A stretch of 64,000 nucleotides of DNA from a virus. Lineage: Duplodnaviria; Caudoviricetes. The translations under genes were made by a program, and so were the position numbers. The notes under the pieces were generated by a model. It ran no database searches and had not been told where the DNA came from. It worked only from the letters and a program-made list of their open reading frames with translations. This document shows positions 1 through 10,142 of this stretch, piece after piece. How positions within the stretch are numbered: the first letter of the stretch is position 1; each line of letters starts with the position of its first letter. The stretch is from IMG/VR virus record IMGVR_UViG_3300033069_001465. One strand, given 5' to 3'.

Positions 1-44
1 TCTTTATTTCCATATATTTATATATTAATTTTAATATATAAATA

Positions 45-683
45 ATGAAATATTTAAAAATATTTGAAGCATATTCTATTGAGGACTATCAAAAGGCGTT
101 GAATTCGTTGAAAGATATGGTGAAGAAGAATAAGCCCAATGAAGATATATTAGCTTTTATTAATGTATATTATAGTGATAGTGCTAAAAATCTCAATGAA
201 ATTAGAATTATGCTAGATAGGATAGAAAGAACGTATGCTCATTATAAAAATTATGTATTTTATAACAGAAAGACTAGAAGAATTCGAAAAAGAGGAGGTG
301 GATATGAAGATAAAGATGTATCTGATTATAAACAATTTTATATGTTTCAAGCTGAAAATAAGGCAATTTTAGTTTCATTTTTAGATAATCAAAAGAAAAT
401 ATATGATAAAAATATTAACGAAATAAATGATATTGATACAAAGACAATTCAATTTTTAATTAATAAATTATTTGAAATATTAGAATGGGTTAATGAAACA
501 GGTGTAGAGAAAAATAGAATAAAAACTAGTAGATATGCCGGGGAAACCCCAAAGTCAGACGAAGATATACTAAGAGAAATTGAGAGTCTTAATGATATGG
601 ACTTTGAAAATGAGACTGAGGAGGTTTCAAAAATAATCAGAAGATGTAAAATACAAATAAAAAACGCTATAAACTCAAAATGA
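45..683 (+). CDS. Hypothetical protein with N-terminal MKYLKIFE leader
   Basis: 212-aa ORF; TAATATATA at 32-40; shared leader. Confidence 0.8.
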   Translation: MKYLKIFEAYSIEDYQKALNSLKDMVKKNKPNEDILAFINVYYSDSAKNLNEIRIMLDRIERTYAHYKNYVFYNRKTRRIRKRGGGYEDKDVSDYKQFYMFQAENKAILVSFLDNQKKIYDKNINEINDIDTKTIQFLINKLFEILEWVNETGVEKNRIKTSRYAGETPKSDEDILREIESLNDMDFENETEEVSKIIRRCKIQIKNAINSK

Positions 684-1534
684 AATATCTATTAGAATTA
701 AATGAATTTGACTCTGAAAATAGAATTGATCAAATATGTAAGCGTATTGAGAATACCGGTTATATCTCCAGATCTACTGAAAAAGAACTTGGTGAATTAA
801 CAGGAATACATGATATTGTTGATCAAATTTATCGTAAGGTGAATGAGATTTATAAGTTCTATAATAAATTTTCAAAAGATTATATAGATGATATATTACT
901 TGAGTTTTTTGAATCAAGTCCCTATACATATAAAATAAATATAGGGGTCTTTTTACCGAAGAAACATTATTATTCAACTCATGGGGATATTAATACCAAT
1001 TTTTTATTTGGTGATAATTATGATAATGCTAATGATAAGCAACAATATTTATTATCATCGTTACTATCATTTGTTAAAAAAATAAACAAAAAGTCACATA
1101 GATTGGCGGATAAACAAAGAGAGGAAAGAAAGAATAACAAATTTTGGATATCACAACCAAGAAGCAGAAAAGTTCATGTTACAAATTATTTTAAGTATTT
1201 CTTATTAATGAAGCCTCTTGTAAATATTGATATTTATCACCGAGAATGGGCAAGTTATTATCAAAATGATACTGAGTATTGTTTAGCAATGAATGGATGG
1301 AATCAAAAGCAGTTTTCTGCAAATTGGGTAGATGATTCAATAGCGAGTAAAATAAAAAGAAGATTTGACTATATACATCCATGTAGTGTTGAATCTGCTT
1401 ATCACGATTCATATACTTACCGTCAATGGTATGATGGTGAAATTGAAGATGAAGATGGTAATATCATAAGAAATACTGTTAGGAATCCAAATCCCATATT
1501 ATTACATGGTATGCTAAATATCAAATTCAACTAA
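680..1534 (+). CDS. Hypothetical protein, leader-bearing (MKYLLELNEF), with IDDILLEF module
   Basis: 284-aa ORF, ATGA overlap with upstream gene. Confidence 0.8.
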   Translation: MKYLLELNEFDSENRIDQICKRIENTGYISRSTEKELGELTGIHDIVDQIYRKVNEIYKFYNKFSKDYIDDILLEFFESSPYTYKINIGVFLPKKHYYSTHGDINTNFLFGDNYDNANDKQQYLLSSLLSFVKKINKKSHRLADKQREERKNNKFWISQPRSRKVHVTNYFKYFLLMKPLVNIDIYHREWASYYQNDTEYCLAMNGWNQKQFSANWVDDSIASKIKRRFDYIHPCSVESAYHDSYTYRQWYDGEIEDEDGNIIRNTVRNPNPILLHGMLNIKFN

Positions 1535-1540
1535 TTTTCT

Positions 1541-1548
1541 TATATTTG
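1541..1548 (+). promoter_or_regulatory. Bacteroidota-type -7 promoter element TATATTTG
   Basis: Matches TAnnTTTG, 4 nt before ATG 1553. Confidence 0.6.
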
Positions 1549-1552
1549 TAAT

Positions 1553-1864
1553 ATGAGTTTAAATTTACTATCTGAACTAATAGGGAAAGAAGTCAGTTAT
1601 ATACCGAATGATGACACTGTGGTTATAAATAGATGGAATAAAAATTATACTACGATTGATAAAGAAGGAACTGATGAATTAATCAGAGTATTTATCTTGA
1701 CTTTAGATAGTGGATGCATTGAGACCAATGAAGAAAATTATGTATTAGACTACGAATATATCTCCAAAAACAAAAAAAAGATACTTGATGATATAGATAT
1801 GTCAAAGGTAAGCTTGCTATTATCACAACTAAGAGATATTAAATTGAGAAAAATATTATCTTAA
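1553..1864 (+). CDS. Hypothetical protein with C-terminal RDIKLRKIL tag
   Basis: 103-aa ORF. Confidence 0.75.
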   Translation: MSLNLLSELIGKEVSYIPNDDTVVINRWNKNYTTIDKEGTDELIRVFILTLDSGCIETNEENYVLDYEYISKNKKKILDDIDMSKVSLLLSQLRDIKLRKILS

Positions 1865-2784
1865 GAATCTGCGTATTTATCAACCATTATTGAGAAGAGA
1901 CGATAGAACTTTTTAGAAAATACCTTCTTTCTTTTATTTATTTCTAATTCAAAAGATTTTCTATATTTTTGTATTAACACTTTATCTTCTTTAGAATATA
2001 TGTTCATCTTAGTTTTTAGAATGTTTTTTAAGTCAAAATATATCTCTTTAAACATATCAGTATAAGAATATCCTGGTTTAAAATCTTTTTTAGTTATAAG
2101 ATAAAAAAGACGATTAATATCACTTTCTTTTAAATAGTTTGAAAAATTAAACTCTTTACTTACTTTTTCCCCATTAAAATATCCAACCCACCAAGTGTAT
2201 GTCATATCATCACAGGTATTTAAAAATCCTTTAATTACATCTATAATGAAATCTTTTGATACGGATTTGTCATTAGGTGATTGTTTTTTTATATCGATTA
2301 TTTTCTTTAGATAAATATCAAGATCAACATAATATCCATGATATTTCGCCTCAAATTCATCTATATCATAGACATAGAATATTTGTTTTTGAACCTTAAT
2401 TGGATCCTTATCCTTAAGATCCATATTACTAATTAACTTATGTGTTTTGTATATAAAATCATTAAAGTGACTACCCTTATTTTTAATGGCCCTTGATAAA
2501 TGCTTCATTTCATGAAGTAATGTGGAATAATCATTTCTATCTTTAAGTAGAACAGTCATTTCCTTATTATCGTCTGATATAATAAATCTACCTGATGCAG
2601 TTTTATCAAATTTACCTATGATTAATTTAAAAAAGTAATTTCCTGATGTTTCATATAATATGAAACTAAATTCATTTTTATTAGAATGCTTTATCTTCTT
2701 ATAAATTTCTTGTGCTTGTGATTCGATGTCCTTATCAATTCCTAATGCCTCTGTAATAAACTCAGAAAAGTTTCTAATTTTCAT
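1861..2784 (-). CDS. Leader-bearing protein with HExxH (possible zincin metallopeptidase)
   Basis: MKIRNFSEFITE start; LLHEMKH followed by DEFEA. Confidence 0.55.
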   Translation of the reverse strand: MKIRNFSEFITEALGIDKDIESQAQEIYKKIKHSNKNEFSFILYETSGNYFFKLIIGKFDKTASGRFIISDDNKEMTVLLKDRNDYSTLLHEMKHLSRAIKNKGSHFNDFIYKTHKLISNMDLKDKDPIKVQKQIFYVYDIDEFEAKYHGYYVDLDIYLKKIIDIKKQSPNDKSVSKDFIIDVIKGFLNTCDDMTYTWWVGYFNGEKVSKEFNFSNYLKESDINRLFYLITKKDFKPGYSYTDMFKEIYFDLKNILKTKMNIYSKEDKVLIQKYRKSFELEINKRKKVFSKKFYRLFSIMVDKYADS

Positions 2785-2796
2785 ATATGTATATAT

Positions 2797-3066
2797 TTAT
2801 AAAGAATATCCAGGATATGTATTTCTAATCTTATTGAAAATTTCTTCTGCATTCTCACCCATTTCATCAAATCGGTCATCAATTTTACTATCAAATTCTT
2901 TTTCATACCAATCTAATAATTCATTAGCTGCCCAGAAACATTCTGCAGGTGCCTCGCTTCCCCAGCTATAAAATAGTGTTTTTAAGGCTTTGATAAAATC
3001 TTCTTTATATTCACACCCCGTTTCTTTTCCAGAATATCTTTCATTAAACTTATTTAAATGTTTCAT
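2797..3066 (-). CDS. Small leader-bearing hypothetical protein
   Basis: MKHLNKFNE start; TAATATATA (reverse strand) at 3071-3079. Confidence 0.75.
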   Translation of the reverse strand: MKHLNKFNERYSGKETGCEYKEDFIKALKTLFYSWGSEAPAECFWAANELLDWYEKEFDSKIDDRFDEMGENAEEIFNKIRNTYPGYSL

Positions 3067-3090
3067 TAATTATATATTAAGATGTAAATA

Positions 3091-4200
3091 TTAAAAACCT
3101 ATATCTAAAATAGATAAAATCTCTTTTTCAATATCATTTATATAGTATGGTATTCTAAGTAGAAAAATATTATTATCATCACAATATTTTTCTTTTGCTC
3201 TATCTCTGTCCTTCCTTTTGTTAAAATTTTCCTCACCACCAAAATATTCAACTATTTCAAAATGTTGAATTCCATCATATTCTATACAAGTATTGTAATC
3301 TTGTAAATAAAAATCAAATTTTAATTTATTTATATACATACAATCATCAAATATTTTTTGAAATTCGTAATTTATATTATGTTTTTGTAATATAACAGAT
3401 ATTTTTCTTTCACCAATTGTTATATTACACTCCGGACATCCATATCCCATTTTGTGTTCATGTGGAGCTTGTTTAAACAATCCATGATTTGGGCAAATTA
3501 TATTAACCTTTGATTTAGCATTTATATATTCGACATTTGAATAATCATAAAAATTACCATGTATATTTTTTGATGATTTAATAAATTCTTCAGTCGTGAG
3601 TGTATATTTTTTTGAAAATCCTTCAAATCTACATTTTTTACATTCAACATTTGAATATAAATGATTTGAAGCTCTTATATTAAATTCTCCATGTTTTTTA
3701 CAAATGATTGTTACTTTTGAATCAGATCTAGTATACTTTACTTTTGAATAGTCATATTTTTCACCATATTTCATTTTGGCCTTCTCTATAAATAAATTGG
3801 TTCTTTTGTCTATGTCTTCATTGCTTATTTTATAATTTTCACTTTTACACTTTTTACATGAAACACCATTTAAATGTGCAATTGATGATATATAGAAATT
3901 ACCATGCTTTTTACAGGTTATTTTTATTTTAGATGTGTTATTTTTATAATTACTAATATCATATGTATATTCATTACCATATTTTTCTAAAAATTTTGAT
4001 AAAATGATTGATTTGTTTGATCGATTTTCATAGGCGCATTTTCTACATATTCCACCCTTAAGTAATACGTCACTTCTTATACTAATTACTCCATGCTTTT
4101 TGCAAATTATATCTACATATGATTTACTTTTCACCTTATCAGGCAAAAGAGAATAATCATACTCTTTAGTTAATCTATTAATAAAATTTATTTTATCCAT
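3091..4200 (-). CDS. Putative homing endonuclease: Zn-ribbon repeats plus Vsr/DUF559-like nuclease domain
   Basis: Four C-x2-HG...C-x2-C repeats; C-terminal FDFYL...IEYDGIQH...LLRIPY. Confidence 0.75.
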   Translation of the reverse strand: MDKINFINRLTKEYDYSLLPDKVKSKSYVDIICKKHGVISIRSDVLLKGGICRKCAYENRSNKSIILSKFLEKYGNEYTYDISNYKNNTSKIKITCKKHGNFYISSIAHLNGVSCKKCKSENYKISNEDIDKRTNLFIEKAKMKYGEKYDYSKVKYTRSDSKVTIICKKHGEFNIRASNHLYSNVECKKCRFEGFSKKYTLTTEEFIKSSKNIHGNFYDYSNVEYINAKSKVNIICPNHGLFKQAPHEHKMGYGCPECNITIGERKISVILQKHNINYEFQKIFDDCMYINKLKFDFYLQDYNTCIEYDGIQHFEIVEYFGGEENFNKRKDRDRAKEKYCDDNNIFLLRIPYYINDIEKEILSILDIGF

Positions 4201-4265
4201 TTAACTATATATATTAAAAAACTAAATCTAATTTTTAATATATATAATTAAAATAAACTATATAA

Positions 4266-5387
4266 ATGGGTAAAATTTTATTAATAGGCGACTCTCATCT
4301 TGGTATGTCTTTTCCAAATAATTATATAAAGTGGTTAAACACTTCTAAACAATATTTTGATGAGTTCTTAATTCCTTTAATAAAAAAGGAACTTACTAAA
4401 GATGATATAGTTATTCATCTCGGAGATTTGCTAGATAATAGGAGTTTTATTCCTATTGATGTTTTAAATTATGCACAAAAAATAGTTGAAGAAATTTCAA
4501 AAATTTGCACATTACACATACTTGTTGGTAATCATGACTGTTGGCACAAAAGTTCTAGTGAAATCAATAGTATAAGTACATTTAAATACATACCAAATGT
4601 ATTTGTATATGATAAATCTAAGGTAATAAACTATTTAGGAAAAAAAATTTTAATGATGCCTTTTATCGAAAAAAGAAATGAACAGGTTGAATTACTTAAG
4701 CAACATAAGGGTGCGGATTATTTATTTTGTCACTCTGATTTAAATGGTGCCAAAATGCACCTAACATCAGTAGCACATAAAAATACTGACAAAATAGACA
4801 TTGAAGAATTTAAAGGATATAAAAAAGTCTATAGTGGTCATATTCATATTTTAGATCGACACAAAAATTTTACTTTTGTTGGAAATAATTTTGAAATGGA
4901 TAGAAATGATAGAGAGAATCAAAAAGGTGTATTTATTTTAGATGTTATAGAAGGAACCGAAACATTCATACCAAACTTAATTTCGCCTAAGTTTAAGAGG
5001 GTTTATGTTATGAATGAGGGCGATATAGACTCTTTAGATAAGGTGTCTACAAAAGACTATATTGACTTATACATATCAAATTCACTTTTAGTTAGTAATC
5101 GTAAATTAAGAAGAAAATTAGAAATTCTTTTAGAGACAGGAAACTTTGCCTCTGTTGAATATGTTGATGATATCAATACGACGGATGCTGAGACTGATGA
5201 AGATATTAAACAAAGTATTATTAATGAAAATTTAGATGAGAGTATTCCTACAATACAACTCGAATATAAAGAAGTTATTAGAGAGTATATTTTAGCACAA
5301 TCATATGAAAATGAAAAGATTAAAAATGGTATTGTTCAAGAATACAATGAGATAATTAAAATCTATGATGAGGGGTATAAAAAATAA
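4266..5387 (+). CDS. Recombination nuclease subunit (T4 gp47/SbcD/Mre11-like metallophosphoesterase)
   Basis: GDSHLG, HLGDLLD, GNHD, SGHIH motifs. Confidence 0.85.
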   Translation: MGKILLIGDSHLGMSFPNNYIKWLNTSKQYFDEFLIPLIKKELTKDDIVIHLGDLLDNRSFIPIDVLNYAQKIVEEISKICTLHILVGNHDCWHKSSSEINSISTFKYIPNVFVYDKSKVINYLGKKILMMPFIEKRNEQVELLKQHKGADYLFCHSDLNGAKMHLTSVAHKNTDKIDIEEFKGYKKVYSGHIHILDRHKNFTFVGNNFEMDRNDRENQKGVFILDVIEGTETFIPNLISPKFKRVYVMNEGDIDSLDKVSTKDYIDLYISNSLLVSNRKLRRKLEILLETGNFASVEYVDDINTTDAETDEDIKQSIINENLDESIPTIQLEYKEVIREYILAQSYENEKIKNGIVQEYNEIIKIYDEGYKK

Positions 5388-5927
5388 TTAATTATAATAG
5401 TATCCTTCAGCACCATGTGGCATTCCAGGCATTCTAATATTTAGATTTGTTCCCCTTTCAATAATATCACAAATAAAGTTGAGTAGTCCATCAATTTGAT
5501 CACATTTGTAAAATGTTATTGGTGTAGTCCTATCTGGTATATAATAGCTATATTTAACATAGAACCATCCATCCTCATTTTGGGTAATATTCATATCTAC
5601 ATCAAAGAATACATATTTGTTATCTATAATTCCTTTCTTTTTATATTTTAGAATAATAGTATCAAATATATCAGAATTATCATAATCTCCATCATTTAAG
5701 TCATCATAGTTTAGTAATTTACCATGTCTATCCATAACTACATTTATACATTTTGTTTCACTATCTTCTATAAAGTCTGTATTTTTATAATCATTAAGTA
5801 TTTCTGATATTCTACTAGTATATTTCTTTGAGAAGTCCTGTAGACTTTTATAACTTTCCTTATATTCATTATAATCTATCTCTGTATATAATTTAGAGTG
5901 ATCTTCAAATAATTTTAAGTATTTCAT
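5388..5927 (-). CDS. Leader-bearing KCDQ-family protein
   Basis: MKYLKLFE; DGWFYV...FYKCDQIDGL. Confidence 0.75.
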   Translation of the reverse strand: MKYLKLFEDHSKLYTEIDYNEYKESYKSLQDFSKKYTSRISEILNDYKNTDFIEDSETKCINVVMDRHGKLLNYDDLNDGDYDNSDIFDTIILKYKKKGIIDNKYVFFDVDMNITQNEDGWFYVKYSYYIPDRTTPITFYKCDQIDGLLNFICDIIERGTNLNIRMPGMPHGAEGYYYN

Positions 5928-5928
5928 A

Positions 5929-6390
5929 TTAGTCGTATGTAGGATCTATCTCCCAGTTAAAAGTATAACCAGGTATTATTCGATGTATTATATCATAATA
6001 CACATCATATGAAAAATCTGCCCAATTTGTATTATCTCTATCCCTTTTATAGAATTCGGCTCCAACCGATCCGTCCGGAGATAATGCCCAATTCATATCT
6101 GAAATATTTTTACTTATCATACTGAATCCAATAATAAATATCGATCCGTCATTAAACACTAAGTGGATACCTATTGTCGGCTTCCATTCTGTATGTGGAG
6201 AATCCATACCAAAAAATTTATAATATTTATTAGCCCATTCTCTATTTAGTGGACCACCAGCCCATTGATTTACACGTTTATGCATGTATCCAATAGATAC
6301 TTCAACATTATCTAAATGCAAGTATAAAAAATCAGATAGGGATAATTTTTCTGAAATTGCCTCATTATATTGTAAAAATGTTTTAATCAT
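5929..6390 (-). CDS. Hypothetical protein, leader variant MIKTFLQYNE
   Basis: 153-aa ORF in tightly packed operon. Confidence 0.7.
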   Translation of the reverse strand: MIKTFLQYNEAISEKLSLSDFLYLHLDNVEVSIGYMHKRVNQWAGGPLNREWANKYYKFFGMDSPHTEWKPTIGIHLVFNDGSIFIIGFSMISKNISDMNWALSPDGSVGAEFYKRDRDNTNWADFSYDVYYDIIHRIIPGYTFNWEIDPTYD

Positions 6391-7474
6391 TTAGATAAGT
6401 GAGTTCAATTTTTTGAGGTGTTGCATGATGCCTCTGCTTAGCCTCTTTAAATACCTTCTCAAACTTCTCTGTATAATTACTTAGTGACTTAGGCATTCTA
6501 TCTATTATTCCGGTTGACATATAAGCCTGTATCTCATCATTTAAAACCGATTCATTATACCCAATCCCAATAATTACATCAGAGATTGCTTTTTTCTCTT
6601 CCTTTGGTAATGAATTGACTAAATTATTCATCTTTGTTCTATATTCTTTATCTGTATAATAAAATCCATGTGCTAATTCATGGTCTAATAAATCACTATT
6701 AACATCTAGTTCATCTACACCAATTATGTAATATTTATCATTTTCTCTTTCTTTAATCTCAGTGATAATAGATACCATTAGATCGTCATATCTATTTGGA
6801 TCATCAACTTCCTCCATACACTTCTCAATAGATTCTGAAGGTATATTAAATCCACTCCAATCACTTCCATAAGTGAAAACATCTTTTTCACCAGTTGGAC
6901 CTTCGGAGCTTTTATACCATTGAATATATCTATCCCATGTAAATTTATTTCCTTGAAATTCATTTGATGATGATTCATAATATTCTTGTAATCTTAAGAA
7001 GGTAAATGCTCTTAGTTGTTGTGATTCAATAACAACACAATAGATACCATCAGCGACTTTATATAATTCTACTTGTTTAAATAGATTTTCTAAATTGTAA
7101 GTTAGTAATGCTTCTTTAATAGTTTTTGATTCTGGATTATTTGATATTCCGATTTTAAAATTATCAGGAGCATTCGGATAATCATGAATTATAGTATACA
7201 TGTCAAATTTTTCTAACCTTAGTTTAAATTTTTCTAATTCTTTTAGAAAATTAGAAACATTATCTATCCCACATTTAACATCAATGACATAATCACCATG
7301 TATATTTTTGAAAATATTATAATATTTATCAATCGACTCATCAATTGTCTTATTCATGATTTCCTCGGAAGTCATTTCAGGTATATCGAATTTATCTACT
7401 ATTTCTAAGAATAAATCTGATATATCTTCTGGATTAAATGCATTAAAATTTTCAAATAGTTTTAAATATTTCAT
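6383..7474 (-). CDS. Leader-bearing two-domain protein with C-terminal HExxH zincin-like domain
   Basis: MKYLKLFENF; ISDLFLEIVD module; LLDHELAHG...DEIQAY. Confidence 0.6.
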   Translation of the reverse strand: MKYLKLFENFNAFNPEDISDLFLEIVDKFDIPEMTSEEIMNKTIDESIDKYYNIFKNIHGDYVIDVKCGIDNVSNFLKELEKFKLRLEKFDMYTIIHDYPNAPDNFKIGISNNPESKTIKEALLTYNLENLFKQVELYKVADGIYCVVIESQQLRAFTFLRLQEYYESSSNEFQGNKFTWDRYIQWYKSSEGPTGEKDVFTYGSDWSGFNIPSESIEKCMEEVDDPNRYDDLMVSIITEIKERENDKYYIIGVDELDVNSDLLDHELAHGFYYTDKEYRTKMNNLVNSLPKEEKKAISDVIIGIGYNESVLNDEIQAYMSTGIIDRMPKSLSNYTEKFEKVFKEAKQRHHATPQKIELTYLND

Positions 7475-7764
7475 ATTGATTGTAAAAAATTTTGGACCTC
7501 TATGAATTCGTCAGCTATATAATATTCTGCATCATGTTCAGTAAATATTATAAACCAACTATCACATAACTTACTTATTAAAATATTGTCTTTGATATAT
7601 ATTGAGCTCTTAGCTAATTTTATGTCTGAAAATTTTGAACATATCCATTTTATCTCGTTTTCAGATAGCTTTTCTCTTTTAAAAAAGTTCAATTTATCTG
7701 TAGCTTCTTCTTGGCTACATCTCTTTGGCATTCTATTTGATTCAAATAACTTTAGATATTTCAT
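7471..7764 (-). CDS. Leader-bearing degenerate KCDQ-family protein
   Basis: MKYLKLFES; DSWFII...YYIADE. Confidence 0.7.
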   Translation of the reverse strand: MKYLKLFESNRMPKRCSQEEATDKLNFFKREKLSENEIKWICSKFSDIKLAKSSIYIKDNILISKLCDSWFIIFTEHDAEYYIADEFIEVQNFLQSI

Positions 7765-8099
7765 AGATTATTTATTTTTTGTAATAATCTATCAATTTCG
7801 GCATTTTTAGGAATTTCTTTACATATCCAATTAATAACATCAACTGGATTCTCACCCTCTACTATCCTATGCATGAACTCTTTATATAAATCATCATCCT
7901 CATCAATTACTTCCTTTATTTCTATTTTAAGAGCATTAAAACAAGACCAAAAGCAATCATCCTCACCCATTAATCCATTAGTAACAATTTCTGAAAATTG
8001 TTTTTCTAATCGTGTTTGCTTGCCAAAATGTTGTTCGACTCTGCTTAATGGTTCATCATCATATGGATTAAATGCTTCAAATAGTTTTAAATATTTCAT
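7761..8099 (-). CDS. Leader-bearing hypothetical protein
   Basis: MKYLKLFEAF; 4-nt overlaps with neighbours. Confidence 0.75.
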   Translation of the reverse strand: MKYLKLFEAFNPYDDEPLSRVEQHFGKQTRLEKQFSEIVTNGLMGEDDCFWSCFNALKIEIKEVIDEDDDLYKEFMHRIVEGENPVDVINWICKEIPKNAEIDRLLQKINNL

Positions 8100-8470
8100 T
8101 CTATAATTTCAATTTTTATTAATATTTTGTTACCTCTCTCCACTATTCCATATAATTTAGACTTTAAACTAAATCTATTTGCAACCTTATTAACATCATT
8201 AAGAAATTCACTAACAACATTAGTATCACTATCTATGATAGATGAAACTATATATCCAGGTTTTTTTCTATAAATATAAGAGTCGGGATATCCAGAATTA
8301 TTAACACCATTTTTAATATGATATGATCTACTAACACCATCATCTTTTCTATAAACTGCATTAGTTTTTTTCACAGATACTTTCCATTTACTATCTACTA
8401 GTTCAAGAAAGTAGTCTTCTATTAAATCAACTGGAGATACCTCATTCTCAAATGTTTTAATATATTTCAT
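8096..8470 (-). CDS. Leader-bearing protein with IEDYFLELVD module
   Basis: MKYIKTFENE. Confidence 0.75.
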   Translation of the reverse strand: MKYIKTFENEVSPVDLIEDYFLELVDSKWKVSVKKTNAVYRKDDGVSRSYHIKNGVNNSGYPDSYIYRKKPGYIVSSIIDSDTNVVSEFLNDVNKVANRFSLKSKLYGIVERGNKILIKIEIIE

Positions 8471-8815
8471 TTATCTCATTAATTTTCCATCTATTATTAG
8501 ATATAATTCAAGAGTTTCTAAATAAAATTCTTGGCCATCTATTATACATCTATCTGAATTTCCATGTTCTGTCTCTTCAACATTATTAGGGGCAACAATA
8601 TTACCTGGATAATTTGGATGTTTATTTATTGAAAAGTTTCTATCAAAGTCTTCCTTATTAGTGAAATTAAAAACTTGACAATATTGATCTTCTTTTGAAA
8701 TATAGAATACGGTCCATCCTTTATAATGTTTTAACTTCTCAACAGTTATGTCAAAGAAATCAAAGCTCTCATATCTTAAATTAGATATACCTTCATTAAA
8801 TCTTCTAATTTTCAT
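8471..8815 (-). CDS. Leader-bearing hypothetical protein
   Basis: MKIRRFNE. Confidence 0.75.
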   Translation of the reverse strand: MKIRRFNEGISNLRYESFDFFDITVEKLKHYKGWTVFYISKEDQYCQVFNFTNKEDFDRNFSINKHPNYPGNIVAPNNVEETEHGNSDRCIIDGQEFYLETLELYLIIDGKLMR

Positions 8816-9238
8816 TTATATAAAAAATTTTAAGTTTCCAGATTTTGGTGGAAATTCATCAAAATCAATTTCGTCATATCCACCTTTATTCCATAATAAT
8901 GTGAATACTTCAGGATGTGTATGTCCATGTTCATTTCTTGTTATTCTTAGTGCATATGTTCCTTCAACTTGTGGATCTGGATAGACTTCTATTTTATTTG
9001 ATGGATTATTTACATTAACATACATTTCTAATTCCTTAATAGCTTCTTTTGGAAGTATTTTATCGGTATACTTGGACCAAGGAGCCTCAGCACCATCATT
9101 GCCTAAATAGTTGTTATATTTACCATCACATTCGGAACAGCAACAATCTTGGAACTTTTTCTCTGGTGTAAATTTTTTATAACACCACTTACACTCTTTT
9201 TCTTCCTCAAAATTTTCAAATAGTTTAATGTGTCTCAT
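8816..9238 (-). CDS. Leader-bearing protein with N-terminal zinc finger
   Basis: MRHIKLFENF; CKWC...CCCSEC. Confidence 0.7.
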   Translation of the reverse strand: MRHIKLFENFEEEKECKWCYKKFTPEKKFQDCCCSECDGKYNNYLGNDGAEAPWSKYTDKILPKEAIKELEMYVNVNNPSNKIEVYPDPQVEGTYALRITRNEHGHTHPEVFTLLWNKGGYDEIDFDEFPPKSGNLKFFI

Positions 9239-9239
9239 A

Positions 9240-9842
9240 TTATTTTCTAAATTTATTTGGAAATAAGTTTCTTAACTCATGTCCTTGTGGTATATCTGAT
9301 TTTCTAATTCCAAATATCTTTTCTTCTGGGCAGGTGTCTTTTCCATCTATATAAAAATTATTATTACAAGCCCATGTTTCTACGCTTCTATTTAATACCT
9401 GACCTACTAAAAATGGAAATCTAACATGAACATGATTAGGCTTCTCAATTCTTGTTATTCTTCCATCTGGAGTTTTATATACATTAAAAGCTTGGGTTTG
9501 ATTCCTTTTACTAACAAATTTAACTAATATTTCATTGGATTTGGATTCCATTAAATATCCCTCATCATCACCCTTCTCTAATATTTGTGCATCTAATGCT
9601 GCTGAGAGAGGTATTATATGTCCTTCTCCCTCATCTCCCATATATCTTTGACCTTCATCTTCGGATACAACATATCCATCTGATGTTAAAGTAACTACAT
9701 AAAGTGTTCCATACTTTTTAAAATGAACTAAATCACCAGGCCCAATATCTTCATTCTCATCAGTTTCCCAATCAGATTCGCGCATTTTACCATCCTTATC
9801 TACATATAACGCGAACTCTTTAAATAATTTAATATTTTTCAT
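9240..9842 (-). CDS. Leader-bearing hypothetical protein, probably two domains
   Basis: MKNIKLFKEF; TTATATATA upstream at 9847-9855. Confidence 0.75.
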   Translation of the reverse strand: MKNIKLFKEFALYVDKDGKMRESDWETDENEDIGPGDLVHFKKYGTLYVVTLTSDGYVVSEDEGQRYMGDEGEGHIIPLSAALDAQILEKGDDEGYLMESKSNEILVKFVSKRNQTQAFNVYKTPDGRITRIEKPNHVHVRFPFLVGQVLNRSVETWACNNNFYIDGKDTCPEEKIFGIRKSDIPQGHELRNLFPNKFRK

Positions 9843-9853
9843 AATGTATATAT

Positions 9854-9884
9854 AAAAAAAAGAGTCAGAAAAATCTGACTCTTT
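9854..9884 (-). terminator. Intrinsic terminator
   Basis: AAAGAGTCAGA-AAAA-TCTGACTCTTT hairpin with T-run on the minus strand, at the stop of 9883-10038. Confidence 0.75.
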
Positions 9885-10038
9885 ACTCCTTATCCTTATT
9901 TTGATCCATATACTTTTTAATTAGGTATTCTATTAGCTTGGATTTGTCTAAAAGTTTGATATCTATATGATTTATAAATTCTTTATATAGATCTGGATCT
10001 ATCGTAAAAAATACTTTAACTTTTTTGCTCTTTTTCAT
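9883..10038 (-). CDS. Small ribbon-helix-helix DNA-binding protein (51 aa; not in ORF track)
   Basis: Translated by hand: MKKSKKVKVFFTIDPDLYKEFINHIDIKLLDKSKLIEYLIKKYMDQNKDKE; own TAATATATA (10046-10054) and terminator. Confidence 0.7.
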   Translation of the reverse strand: MKKSKKVKVFFTIDPDLYKEFINHIDIKLLDKSKLIEYLIKKYMDQNKDKE

Positions 10039-10070
10039 ATAAGAGTATATATTAGAATATTAGTTTTCTT

Positions 10071-10106
10071 AAAGTAGAAAAAGTAGAAAAAGTAGAAAAA
10101 GTAGAA
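10071..10106. repeat. Tandem repeat, 4 x AAAGTAGAA
   Basis: Four perfect 9-bp units between divergent promoter motifs. Confidence 0.9.
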
Positions 10107-10142
10107 AATAAATTTTAATATATAGATAAAATAATATTAAAT

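Noticed and set aside
10071-10106. Tandem repeat as CRISPR or replication iterons
   Set aside because: No spacers and no adjacent initiator gene; kept only as a possible operator.
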